Below, one piece after another: positions 36,603 to 47,100 of a DNA stretch of 64,000 bases. Under the pieces are notes generated by a model. The model searched no databases, was not told the origin of the DNA, and worked only from the letters and a program-made list of their open reading frames with translations. Each line of letters starts with the position of its first letter. Positions within the stretch are counted from its first letter, which is position 1. The DNA comes from a virus. The stretch is from positions 1 to 64,000 of IMG/VR virus record IMGVR_UViG_3300009509_000010; one strand, written 5' to 3'. The position numbers and the translations under genes were made by a program.

Positions 36603-37709
36603 ATGCCATCGATTGCCAGGGGACAGGAAAACACCACCGATCGGATCAATTGGTTTATCACGGTTAATGGTGCGTTGACTGACGTTTACGAGATCGGGTT
36701 TCGGATCCTTGATATCACAGGGGGCTTGCCAGGCACCCAAATTTTCCCCTTGGCCGGTTGGGAGGACGTGACCGCGGCTCCTGGCAATTTCAACGTGGGG
36801 TCTTATTACGCCTACGATAACACGGCGGGCAACGGGTGGACGCCAGAGCTCACAACGAACCTAGGCGATCACCGAATCGAATGGCGTTGGAAAACGTTTG
36901 CCAGCTCGGCCTATCAATTGGGGGCCGAGGACTTCATTGTGTTGACGGAATCGGCCGGGAGCTCGACCGATACCTACATTTCAGTACAAGACATTCGAGA
37001 CTTAGGGATCACGGCGGGGATGGCCGATGATACTGAGGTCCTAAACATGATCGCGGTGTGGCAAGAATTTTTGGATCGAGCATGCCGTCAATGGTTCAAC
37101 CCTCGAGCGTTAACACTCCGATTTGATGGGACCGATTCTGATACCCTTCATTTTGGCGTGCCAATTATTTCGATCGATTATATTCGTCTCAACAACGACG
37201 ATAACAACTTGAATGCAAACTATTACAAAGTGTACAGCGGGCGCACATACCCTGATGATCGGCGCAATCCGCGGATCAAGTTGGTTCGGTCCGATGATTT
37301 TCGAGACATATACACCGCGCCTTTGTCGTGGGGTGATCTCAGGTTTCGCAAGGGTAGGCAAAACCAGATGGTCAAGGGGACGTTTGGTTTTGTCGAGGAG
37401 GATGGCACCACGCCCAAATTGATCCAACGGGCCTTGTCAAAGCTTGTAGTTGAAAAGCTGCAAAACCCGATCTTTCATGATTATTCAAGCGGGCCAGCTC
37501 CGGTCCCGACCCCACCGCCGATTGTAGGGCCATTGACCTCGGAAAAAACCGACGATCACGAGCGCAAATTTGGTCAAAGCGGCGGGTCGGTGGCACCCCG
37601 GCGGGCGGGGCTTGCGGGGATCACGGATGACCAAGAGGTCCTCGGAATCATCAAGCTTTACCGAGCCCCCATTGGTTTGGCAACGCCAGCGCATTGGAGC
37701 TATAAATAA
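36603..37709 (+). CDS. Head-tail adaptor/connector with N-terminal extra domain
   Basis: YISVQDIR...FLDRACRQWF...GTFGF...TPKLIQRA; first gene of the neck block. Confidence 0.7.
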   Translation: MPSIARGQENTTDRINWFITVNGALTDVYEIGFRILDITGGLPGTQIFPLAGWEDVTAAPGNFNVGSYYAYDNTAGNGWTPELTTNLGDHRIEWRWKTFASSAYQLGAEDFIVLTESAGSSTDTYISVQDIRDLGITAGMADDTEVLNMIAVWQEFLDRACRQWFNPRALTLRFDGTDSDTLHFGVPIISIDYIRLNNDDNNLNANYYKVYSGRTYPDDRRNPRIKLVRSDDFRDIYTAPLSWGDLRFRKGRQNQMVKGTFGFVEEDGTTPKLIQRALSKLVVEKLQNPIFHDYSSGPAPVPTPPPIVGPLTSEKTDDHERKFGQSGGSVAPRRAGLAGITDDQEVLGIIKLYRAPIGLATPAHWSYK

Positions 37710-38111
37710 ATGCCGATTCCCAACTTGATCCATCCTGTCCCGATCACGGTTGAAAAGATCAGCCGCTCCACCACGTATTACGACGAGGACGCCCGGGAGC
37801 CTATCCAATTCGCCGATCGTCCGGAGTCGGTGACCATTGATGGTCAAGTTAAGTGGTTCGACGAAAACGAGCTCGCCGCAACCAAAAGTGGTCCGGCCGA
37901 GGGGTCAACGGGGTATGTGCTATTTCGCCAGGTAGACTTAACGGCCAAAGGGTTAGAGCTCGAGCAAAACGACCGGTTTACAAAAATAGGCCTACGTACC
38001 ACCGACGTTTACATCAAAGCTTTGCGGCCGGTTGGCCATTATCCCGACATTGGGGGGCATACCATGATCAAGGCCTATTTCACGGATAGGCAACCGTCGA
38101 GGGTGGGGTAA
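37710..38111 (+). CDS. Head closure (stopper) protein
   Basis: Size, position and beta pattern. Confidence 0.6.
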   Translation: MPIPNLIHPVPITVEKISRSTTYYDEDAREPIQFADRPESVTIDGQVKWFDENELAATKSGPAEGSTGYVLFRQVDLTAKGLELEQNDRFTKIGLRTTDVYIKALRPVGHYPDIGGHTMIKAYFTDRQPSRVG

Positions 38112-38122
38112 CGCCGCGGCGG

Positions 38123-38764
38123 TTGATATCGTTCAAGGTTGATTCCGGGTGGGGTCGGTTCAAACGTGCGATCGACCCAACCGGTTTTTCGAGAGCTTCC
38201 AGAGCTGAGATCCGCAAGGCCACCCGAAAAAATGGGTTGATGGCCGTGAAACGGATCCGGGGTTTAATCAAAGGCGGTCAAGGGGGGTTTGAGGCCAACG
38301 CCGAGTTGACAAAGGAGATCAAGGAGGCCTCGGTCCCCTTGGTCGGGGGCAAGGTTGCAACCGGTGGAATCAACGTGTTTCAGGCAATTTCAAGCACAAT
38401 GCTCGACGATTATTCGGTTTTCGCGGGTGTCAAGTTTGTTTCCGAGGCCTACGATATCGCCGAAACGATACACGGTGGGGCCGTGATCCCGGTCACCGAG
38501 AAAATGAGGACCATGTTTAGGGTCCTTTGGTGGGCCTCCGAGGGAAGTATTGACCCCGCAGATCTCACCGGGCGGGCGGCGGAGTTGTGGCGTTTGAAGC
38601 CGGGTGGGTGGTACCCTCTCGAGGACTCCACCAAAGCAATCGTGATCCCGCCGCGTCCGTTTATCGAGCGGGCGTTTGCGGATCCAGAGCTCCGACGTGA
38701 GGCCCGACGAAATTGGGAACTCGCGGTTTCCGCAGCGTTGCGGGTAATGGCTAGGGGGCGTTAA
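38123..38764 (+). CDS. Neck / virion morphogenesis protein (HK97 gp10/Mu gpG-like)
   Basis: IPPRPFIERA motif; position. Confidence 0.65.
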   Translation: MISFKVDSGWGRFKRAIDPTGFSRASRAEIRKATRKNGLMAVKRIRGLIKGGQGGFEANAELTKEIKEASVPLVGGKVATGGINVFQAISSTMLDDYSVFAGVKFVSEAYDIAETIHGGAVIPVTEKMRTMFRVLWWASEGSIDPADLTGRAAELWRLKPGGWYPLEDSTKAIVIPPRPFIERAFADPELRREARRNWELAVSAALRVMARGR

Positions 38765-38766
38765 CC

Positions 38767-40026
38767 ATGGCAAGGCGTATCAAGCGGCTAGTAAAACGAT
38801 TTAAGTTTGAGGAAGACAACCGAGCCCGAATCGAGCTCGTTTCGAACGTGCGACTCGACCCATTGGCCAACCGTCTCAAATTGTCGGAACCCTATCAAAG
38901 CTCTGGTGTGGCGAAAACTTGGGTTACCAACCCGAGCTCGGTCAAGCAATGGTTGGGCTTTGAGGTTGTGATCCACCACGCAATGACCGGCGGGGCCGCG
39001 GCGGGGGTGCCCGTCATGACGCCGATCACGGGTGCGGGTTACCGCCTCACCGACGGGACCGACGAATTTTGGCACAATGGGGCGGCGTGGGAGGTCAACA
39101 CCACCGATTGGAATACCGAGGAACAAGTTGCGGCGAATATTTCAAGTTTCCCGGTGACCCCGCAAAAATTGGGGGTGGTGATACAGCTCACAACTACCGA
39201 TTTGGGCTATACCCCGGAGGTCGAGGAGATCCGGGTCCTTTGGGCCTCCGATGTCGAGTTTTACGAGGACCTGGTTTACCGTTCTTTAGTCCGGGCCTTG
39301 CGGGAAAACATCCGACCGATCACCGACTACTTGATAAAACCCGGGACGGCCACCGCCACGATTGACCTCGACCAATTTCCTCTCAAAACGCCCTACAACG
39401 TGGTGGGAGTGGATTCGGTTTATGATCGAACCGATGATCCCGACCGGTTGGTTGACCTGTTGCAATCGTACAACACTGGGACCAAGTTGATCACGTTGAA
39501 CGCTACACTTCCAACCGACCACGTGGCAACGCTCCGATTGATTTACGAGCCCGAGGTTTCAGTGACCACAAGCCAAGATTTTTACGAGGTGGCTAAGGTT
39601 CCCGCGTTGGTGCTCGACGATATCGATTTTGTGGACGCCGCGCCACTTGCGGCAAACGATTGGGTGACAAACAAGGGCGACGGATCAGCGGTCAAGGTGT
39701 TTGCCCCTATCCAAGGGGACCTTGAGGTATCCCTATTGGCTTACACCGACAAAGGGGTGGACCAGCAAAGGCTCAAGGAAGCGATCCACCGGTATTTTGA
39801 AAACAACCCGACGTTGCGCAGCACGGGACTTGACGAGCAATTTAGCTTGTGGCTAATTGATGAGTACGACATGCGGAACGTTCCGAGTCCGGCCGACATA
39901 CACACCGGCCGGGTGAGGTTTCGGATCCGTGACGTCGTTGTCTACGCTAGAGATTCCGTCGACAGTTTTGGAGTGCAGCGGTTCAACCTGACCGGGACCG
40001 AGGACTACACCCTCGCGGGTGAGTAA
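38767..40026 (+). CDS. Tail completion/terminator-like protein with N-terminal extension
   Basis: Immediately upstream of the sheath; C-terminal PALVL...DLEVSL fold pattern. Confidence 0.5.
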   Translation: MARRIKRLVKRFKFEEDNRARIELVSNVRLDPLANRLKLSEPYQSSGVAKTWVTNPSSVKQWLGFEVVIHHAMTGGAAAGVPVMTPITGAGYRLTDGTDEFWHNGAAWEVNTTDWNTEEQVAANISSFPVTPQKLGVVIQLTTTDLGYTPEVEEIRVLWASDVEFYEDLVYRSLVRALRENIRPITDYLIKPGTATATIDLDQFPLKTPYNVVGVDSVYDRTDDPDRLVDLLQSYNTGTKLITLNATLPTDHVATLRLIYEPEVSVTTSQDFYEVAKVPALVLDDIDFVDAAPLAANDWVTNKGDGSAVKVFAPIQGDLEVSLLAYTDKGVDQQRLKEAIHRYFENNPTLRSTGLDEQFSLWLIDEYDMRNVPSPADIHTGRVRFRIRDVVVYARDSVDSFGVQRFNLTGTEDYTLAGE

Positions 40027-40041
40027 CACGAGGAGATCGAC

Positions 40042-42330
40042 ATGGCCGTTAAGCGTTTTGGACCAACCCGCGGTGCGGGCGTTGTGGTTATCGAAAAAGA
40101 GGGCGAAAAAACGATCGAAGCCGGGGCCCTCGGGATGGTGGCTTATGCCGGTGTGCTCGAAAAAGGCACCCCGGGTGAGCTGATCCAAACCTTTTCCAAA
40201 ACCGAGTTTTTGAAAAAGTGCGGCGGGCGGCTAAGCGATTGGATGACCCCCGACGCGGTGATCGACTTTTTCGACAACGCCGCTGGGGCGGGGGCGGTGC
40301 ACCTTGTTCGGGTAACCGATGGCAACGAACTCCAGGCCGAGGCTACTTTATACGCTCGGTATGAATCCCTTTTGACCCCAATGGGGACAATCAAAGCCAA
40401 AAACGGCGGCCGGTGGGGCGGCAAAAAGCTCTATTACACCGGGGACGTCGCGATCGCGGACGATATCGAAAATATTACACTCGACACCGGTGTTTCAACG
40501 TTTACGACGGATCAATGGGCCGGCGGTTACCTCGAGCTCGAAGACGTGCCAAACGTCCAATTCCCTATCGTCGGAAACGATAACACCGGGGTGATAACGT
40601 TGGCCTCGGATCAAACGATGAAAGACCAATACGACGCCCTCAGTGGCAGCTCGTTGCGGTATTATTTGGTTCTCGAAAACGATGGCAAGGAGGTCACCTA
40701 CAAAATCGGTGATGGTGAGGACGACCCCACGGGCGAGTTTTCCCTCGAAGTTTTCGTTGACGGGTTGACCGTAAAAAAGTGGGCAAACCTCAACACAAAT
40801 CCGACCTCGGGCAAGTATTGGGTCGACGTGATCAACGAGGATACGGGCAACGACGAGGTCGAGGTCGAGGACCTTTGGACGGGTGCTCACACCGCCGCGG
40901 TACGTCCCGCCAATCACTACGGGGTGATCGACACTGGATTGACCGATACGGTTTTGACGGCGGTGATCCATGACTTTCGGGTGACGCTGAGCCCAACCGG
41001 GGCGGATCCAACGTTTGCGCTCGGGACCACCACCGACGAAATGGAGCCGCAAAAAATTACGTTGACCATGACGGGTGCGGCGGCGTTTGACGCGGTGTCT
41101 GACAAGTTTGGGGCCCTTGGGTCTGGGGCGACTGACGCCCTATTTACTCCGAACAACAAATGGACGCCGCCTTTTACGGTGACCGAGGGTGGCACAGCAT
41201 TGGCGGCGGCCGATGTCATGGTGATCAACTACAAGCCGTTTCAACCTGACGCGTTGATCGGCGGGCTGGTATACCCGGACAAAGACAACGCCAAGAACGT
41301 CAATTATCGGATTGTTGACAACGATCACAAAACGATCACGGCGTCCGATGGTTCCGATATGCTCACCGACGGGGCCGACGGGGACACGTTTATGGTTTCG
41401 GCTCCAATGCCGTTGGCCGGTGGCCGAGACGGTAACGCCGATTTGATTGATGCTGATTACACGCAACAGGCGTATGACGTTGACGCAAGCCCGTTCAATC
41501 AACTTTTCGGCAAAAATTACGGCTTGATCAAAATGGCAACGCCAGGGATCACGTCAACGGCCGTTCAAAAAGCGGGCGTTGCCTACGCCGCGGCTCGAAA
41601 CTACCAATACCGCTACGAGATCCCGTCAAACTACACCACCGAGGTTTCGGCGATCGACTATATCAACGACACAATCGGGCGGTCCGATTATTCGGTGGGT
41701 GCGTTTCCGAGCTACGGTTACGAGTCCGATCCAAACTCGACCGAAAACAAACTCATGTTGGTGACCATGACCGGGGCGATCCATGGCCGTGAAGCAAGGA
41801 TCGCGGTGGATTATGACGGTTACCACAAGGCCGCGGCCGGAGTAGACGCGAAGCTGCCACAAATTCTCAAAATCACCACGGGCGAAAAGGCTTTGAATGA
41901 GGAGATCCTAAACCCGGCCGGATTGCAGGTGATCAAAAAGGTCAAGGGCAACTTTGTGATCTGGGGCGATCGTACCCTCTACACGGATCCGACGTGGAAG
42001 TGGAAGCACCAACGTGAGTTGATGTCGTACTATGAAAACGTTCTCAGGGAATCGTTTGATTGGATTATATTTATGATCAACGATCCGATCACAGAAAACC
42101 TGGCCAAGGTAGCGTTGCGGTCGTTTTTCCAACCGGAATACGCAAAGCGGGCGTTGCGAGGACCGACCTTTGAGGACGCTTGCGTGATCAAAATCGATGG
42201 GGAGAATAACACCAACGCCACCCGGGCGGCTGGGGATATGTTCGCCGATTTGACTTTGCGCTTGGCCGACACGGTGGAGCGTTTCATCTTGCGAATGGGC
42301 AAGGCCGGTATTTTTGACGGTGCGGCCTAG
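40042..42330 (+). CDS. Contractile tail sheath protein (with insertion domains)
   Basis: GAGVVVIEKE N-terminus; GYHKAAAG, LNPAGL, VIWGDRTL, WIIFMIND. Confidence 0.92.
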   Translation: MAVKRFGPTRGAGVVVIEKEGEKTIEAGALGMVAYAGVLEKGTPGELIQTFSKTEFLKKCGGRLSDWMTPDAVIDFFDNAAGAGAVHLVRVTDGNELQAEATLYARYESLLTPMGTIKAKNGGRWGGKKLYYTGDVAIADDIENITLDTGVSTFTTDQWAGGYLELEDVPNVQFPIVGNDNTGVITLASDQTMKDQYDALSGSSLRYYLVLENDGKEVTYKIGDGEDDPTGEFSLEVFVDGLTVKKWANLNTNPTSGKYWVDVINEDTGNDEVEVEDLWTGAHTAAVRPANHYGVIDTGLTDTVLTAVIHDFRVTLSPTGADPTFALGTTTDEMEPQKITLTMTGAAAFDAVSDKFGALGSGATDALFTPNNKWTPPFTVTEGGTALAAADVMVINYKPFQPDALIGGLVYPDKDNAKNVNYRIVDNDHKTITASDGSDMLTDGADGDTFMVSAPMPLAGGRDGNADLIDADYTQQAYDVDASPFNQLFGKNYGLIKMATPGITSTAVQKAGVAYAAARNYQYRYEIPSNYTTEVSAIDYINDTIGRSDYSVGAFPSYGYESDPNSTENKLMLVTMTGAIHGREARIAVDYDGYHKAAAGVDAKLPQILKITTGEKALNEEILNPAGLQVIKKVKGNFVIWGDRTLYTDPTWKWKHQRELMSYYENVLRESFDWIIFMINDPITENLAKVALRSFFQPEYAKRALRGPTFEDACVIKIDGENNTNATRAAGDMFADLTLRLADTVERFILRMGKAGIFDGAA

Positions 42331-42372
42331 TGCCGGTGGTTTTGCGTAACCTGACAACTCGAGGAGTTTGAC

Positions 42373-42594
42373 ATGTCGGTAACACTCAAAAAATTGATTG
42401 GTGAGGCCGGGGCCGGGATCGACGATAGTATGGGTTTCCACAACTTATACGACGTTTTGAAGGCCCTAGTGCAAACCCAAAACGACCTCGTAACGCAGTT
42501 CAACCAATTGCGTATTGATTATAACGCGGAAACGGCGGCGGATCATACTGACACCACCGCAACCGCGGTTACGGCCGGGGTAACAGTGGAGTAA
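42373..42594 (+). CDS. Small coiled-coil protein between sheath and tube
   Basis: GAGGAG SD; NDLVTQFNQLR heptads. Confidence 0.6.
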   Translation: MSVTLKKLIGEAGAGIDDSMGFHNLYDVLKALVQTQNDLVTQFNQLRIDYNAETAADHTDTTATAVTAGVTVE

Positions 42595-42642
42595 ATCGGG
42601 CCAAGGCCCTAGATAAGGGAACCTTTCCGAGGAGGCGAAAGT

Positions 42643-43086
42643 ATGAAAGGCGCAATTCAACCGGGACACGTTGGCCAAAACCGATACCTTTTGCAGGTCG
42701 TAGGGGGACCGGATCCATTGACGTTTACCGAGGTCTCTGGCCTCGAGTCTGAAACCACGGTGGTGGAGCTCCCAGATCGGACCCAAGCCAGTGGCGGCGA
42801 AGAAATGGTAGGCGAGATCACGGCAATGCACCCGTTGCACCACAAAACCGAGCGAGCCTATCTCGAGGCGTGGCTCGTGGCGGGCCGTGACCCAGTGCAA
42901 CCGGGGTACAAGCGGGCGGCCACCATGACGTGGATCAATATTCACGGCGAGGTGGCCGGGGTGTGGGATATTCGCGGCATTTTTTGCAGCAAGCGCACCC
43001 TTCCCGACGCCGAAATGGGCAACGATGGCGAAATGGCTCAAATCGAGTGGACGTTCAAACACGATAGTTGCGTTCCGATTCCGTAG
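42643..43086 (+). CDS. Tail tube protein (T4 gp19-like)
   Basis: FTEVSGLESET motif; 147 aa after the sheath. Confidence 0.85.
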   Translation: MKGAIQPGHVGQNRYLLQVVGGPDPLTFTEVSGLESETTVVELPDRTQASGGEEMVGEITAMHPLHHKTERAYLEAWLVAGRDPVQPGYKRAATMTWINIHGEVAGVWDIRGIFCSKRTLPDAEMGNDGEMAQIEWTFKHDSCVPIP

Positions 43087-43143
43087 CGAACAAAACCCAG
43101 CGGGTGGGCATCACAAGGCCGATCGGCCGATTGGAGGTGACCC

Positions 43144-43953
43144 GTGCCAACGACTAAAATCGAGCTCAAAGAACTAGGGCCAAAACTGCCCCTAGGTATT
43201 CCTGGCCCAGATGGCCAACTCCAACGTGATATCGTGTGCAAGCCGTGGCGCGGTTTGGAGGAGCGGGCGGTCGGTCAATTGCGTGGTGAAGCCCGCGAGG
43301 ATGGCAACTTCACAACGAGGCTTTTGGCCTACATGTATGACCGCATGGGCCACCACGATTTCACACAAATGAGCATGCCCGAAAAAGAGGTGGTGATCTC
43401 CCAAATGTTTTTTGGGGATGCGCTTTACGCTTATTTTTGGCTCCGCACCCAATGCGTTGGTTACGACCTCAACATGGACGTGACTTGTCCACATTGTTCG
43501 TTTGAATATAAATACAAAGCTGACCTCGAAACGTTGGAGGTCCGATCGGCGGAGGACCTCGAGGCTGTGGTTTGGCAATACGACCTCAAACACCCGTTTG
43601 AAATACGGGGCAAAACGGCCGAGTCTTTCGAGATATCACCAAGCCGTTGGTCAACAATTCACCGAGCCACAAAACAGGCGATCGACACTGGCATTGTAAA
43701 CCCTAACGCGACCAAAATGGATGTTATGCGATCGTGTGTGACCGGTGTGGTTGGTGTCGGTCCGTTGGTTTTGACCGAAATGGAACTCGACTATATGACC
43801 AAGATCGATATTGAAACCCTATCATCTAGGATCGACGAGCTCGAGATCGGTCCGAATATGTTGGTGCACCAAAAATGCACAAGGTGCCGGCGGGGGTTCA
43901 AGGTTTCGCTAGACTGGGATTATTCAAGTTTTTTCGAAGTTTCTTCCCGGTAG
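43144..43953 (+). CDS. Tail assembly chaperone (T4 gp26-like, two CxxC)
   Basis: Between tube and TMP; CPHC, CTRC, ends near SSFF. Confidence 0.7.
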   Translation: MPTTKIELKELGPKLPLGIPGPDGQLQRDIVCKPWRGLEERAVGQLRGEAREDGNFTTRLLAYMYDRMGHHDFTQMSMPEKEVVISQMFFGDALYAYFWLRTQCVGYDLNMDVTCPHCSFEYKYKADLETLEVRSAEDLEAVVWQYDLKHPFEIRGKTAESFEISPSRWSTIHRATKQAIDTGIVNPNATKMDVMRSCVTGVVGVGPLVLTEMELDYMTKIDIETLSSRIDELEIGPNMLVHQKCTRCRRGFKVSLDWDYSSFFEVSSR

Positions 43954-44132
43954 CCAAACCAAAGGAGTTTCTCGAGGAGGTGTTTGCGCTAACCTACTGC
44001 ATACCGGGGATCACATGGGGGGCTTGTCTCGACATGACGCGGGCCGAGCGGGGTATTTTGTTGGAACGGCTGGTCGAGCAGAAACGACGCGAGGCCGACA
44101 GCATAAAGCGGGCCTCGGGAGGTAAACGGTAG
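43929..44132 (+). CDS. -1 frameshift extension of the tail chaperone (gpGT-like)
   Basis: Slippery T-TTT-TTC at 43929-43935; the -1 frame is open to 44132 (EEVFALTY...MTRAER). Confidence 0.7.
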   Translation, partial: FFRSFFPVAKPKEFLEEVFALTYCIPGITWGACLDMTRAERGILLERLVEQKRREADSIKRASGGKR

Positions 44133-47100
44133 TGGCGTTTGAGCGTATCGGCCTTGGTGGGATCCTTCGGTTTGATGACAAACAGGCCTTGGCTGGTATG
44201 CAGCGGGCCACGGCCGGTTTTGCCAAGCTTCAGTCTGGCGTGGGCAAGCTCGGGGCCGGTTTTTCGATGATCGGGGATAGCATGCGTAACGCTGGGCTTG
44301 CCATGCTGCCGATCACGGCGGGGCTCGGTTTTGGTGCCAAAAAGGCGGCCGACTTTGAAAAGCAAATGTCAGCCGTTGGAGCGATCACTCGCAGCTCGGC
44401 CGACGAGCTCGCGGCCCTTTCGAATGAAGCAAAACGCCAAGGTGTGGTTTCAGTTTTTTCGGCCCAACAATCGGCGGAGGCAATGGAATTTATGGGCCGA
44501 GCCGGGTTCAACACCAAGGAGATCATTGATGGCCTTGGCGGTGTCATGGCCGCGGCGGCGGCCGATGGGATCTCTTTGGCCACGTCGAGCGATATTGTTG
44601 CCCGGGTGGTCAAAGGGATGGGCCTCGAAGTCAAGGAGGCCTCTCATGTGGCCGACGTGTTGGCTTTGACCAGCGCCAAAACCAACACCAATATTACGGC
44701 GCTCGGTGAGGCGTTTACTTACGGGGCACCACAAGCCAAAGCCCTTGGCATATCACTCGAGGAAACCACCGCGGCATTTGGTTTGATGGCCGACGCCGGT
44801 TTGAGGGGTTCACTTGGTGGCACAAGCTTTATGAATATGCTTGTGAAGCTTAGCAAGCCGAGCACCAAGGCCACCGCAATGATCAACAACATGGGAATTA
44901 AACTAGAGGACGCCCATGGACGGTTGAAACCACTTCCCGAGATAATCGGGATGTTTAAAAAGGAGCTCGATAAGGTCCAAAGCACTACCAAAAAAGCGGC
45001 TATGATGGCCGAGATTTTCGGCTTGCGTGGTGCTAAAGCCTATTCGGCCCTTTCGCTTGCGGGCCGCGAGAAAATGGCACAGCTCACCGAGGACTTGGAG
45101 GCCTCGAGCTTTGGTTTGGGTGCGGCTCAGGAAATGGCCAACCAACGGCTAGATAACTTCCTTGGGGCGTTGACTTTGTTTGGGAGCTCGTTGGAGGCCG
45201 TGGCAATCGAATTTTTTGGCCCGTTTTTGAACGTGTTCAAAGAAACTACCCAAGACATGACCGCGGCCCTAAACTCCGTCCTGTTTGCGGTCCAAGGCCT
45301 AAAGCAAATCCGGGAGCAGGCGGCCCTTTCGGCGGTCAAGGCAGCCAAGCGGGAATCCACCGCAATCGTTGAGCAACAAAAAGTCCTTGCGGGTCTACAG
45401 CGGCGGGAACAGGCCACCGCCAAAGCTGGGATTGCGGCGATACAAACGCGGATCATTGGCGAGGAAAAGTTGACCCGTGAGCAACAACGAGCTCGGTCCC
45501 GTAGCTTTGCCGAATTCGTCAAAGGCAACTTGGCCCGTGAAAAGTTGACCAAAGCCCAGCGCAAATCGGAATTGAAGGCAATTGACGCGTTTATCCAAGC
45601 AAACGAGCAGGGCAACTTGACGGCGGCCCAACGGGTCCAGATGGAAAAACGTTACCTGCAAACGCTGGTCACGCTTGGAGCTAAGGGCAAAAAACTTGGG
45701 CAAGCCGAGGCGGCCCGCCGAGCTGCAAACCTGGAAAACTTGATCAACCAACGCGCCGAGGCGGCCAAATTTGAGGCCGCGGCCGAGGCCGTGATTGTTC
45801 GCCAGGAAAAATTGACCGAGATCGAGGAAAAGCATGGGCGCACAGCTCGGTTAATCGCCGAGGGTGTGCTCGAGGCGATCGACCAAATCAAGTCCGGATT
45901 TCAAACCGCGGTCCAAATGGTTCGGGATTTTGGAACCCGTTTCGGCGAGGCCGTCGGTAGTGACCGAATGAAGGAGTTTGCCCGAATCGCAACGATTGGC
46001 GTTGTGGTAGCGGGAGCTCTGGCCCCAGTGTTTTTGGGATTGAGCGCAATCGGGTTTGTGATCAAGTCCGTTTTTCTACCTCAGATCATGGGGGTCTATA
46101 AGATCTTGGCGGCGTTCAAGCCGGTTGTTTCGGGGCTGCTCGGGGTTGTTCGGGGTTTGATGGCCGCCGCGTTTTGGCCTTTGGCCGTGGCGATTGGAGT
46201 TGTGGGCGGTGCGTTTTTGCTTCTGAGAAAACAGGGCGAAAGTGTATCGGACACGTTTTGGCGGTTAGTGGGCGTGGTCGAGGACTTCATTGACCCGTTT
46301 ATTTCGTGGCGCCGAGAGGGCGAAACAACCTTTGAAGCAATCAAACGGGGTATTTTGGAGCTTCCCAAGGCCTTGATGTTTTGGCGCCAAGAGGGCGAAA
46401 CCACTTTTGGAGCCATTGGCCGCGGCGTGCAATCCGTGATCGATACACTGATTTTTTGGCGACAGGAGGGCGAGAGCACCCTTGACGCTTTGAGCCGAGG
46501 CCTTTGGGGTGTGGTTGACACTCTGATTTTTTGGCGCCAAGAGGGCGAGAGCACGATCGGAGCCTTGACGCGTGGTTTTGGTTTGCTGGTTGAGGGTGCC
46601 AGGCAACTTTGGGCCGGTGGTATCAAACCGTTCTTGATCGACGCGTGGGCCGGTGTGGTGTCGGTGGTCCAAACGGTGGGCAACGTTCTTATGGGGGTTT
46701 GGGATCAAGTTCAAATTGCTTGGTCTGAGTTTGGGGTGACCGAAAAGATCAAAGCCAATTTCATGTTGTTGGTAGACATTGCCAAAACCGTGGCCAACGC
46801 GGTTGGAGGTGTGGTCACTACAGTTTTGGAAACTGTCAAAACCGTGGTGTGGCCGTTCGTTTCTGGGTTCGTTTCTGGGTTCGTTTCGGCGTTATCCCCA
46901 ATAGTAACAACTTGGTTTTCGATTTGGGATTCGGTCGTGCAAGTTTTTGCGGCGGTGTGGGGGACAATCAAAAGCATTTTGCAGGTTTTTTCTGACACTT
47001 GGACCGAGCTCGTTGACCTGTTTATTGACGATTCGGATCGGAGCTCCACCAAATGGTCCGAGCTTGGTCAAACGATTGGACAGGTGGCGGCGTGGCTTGT

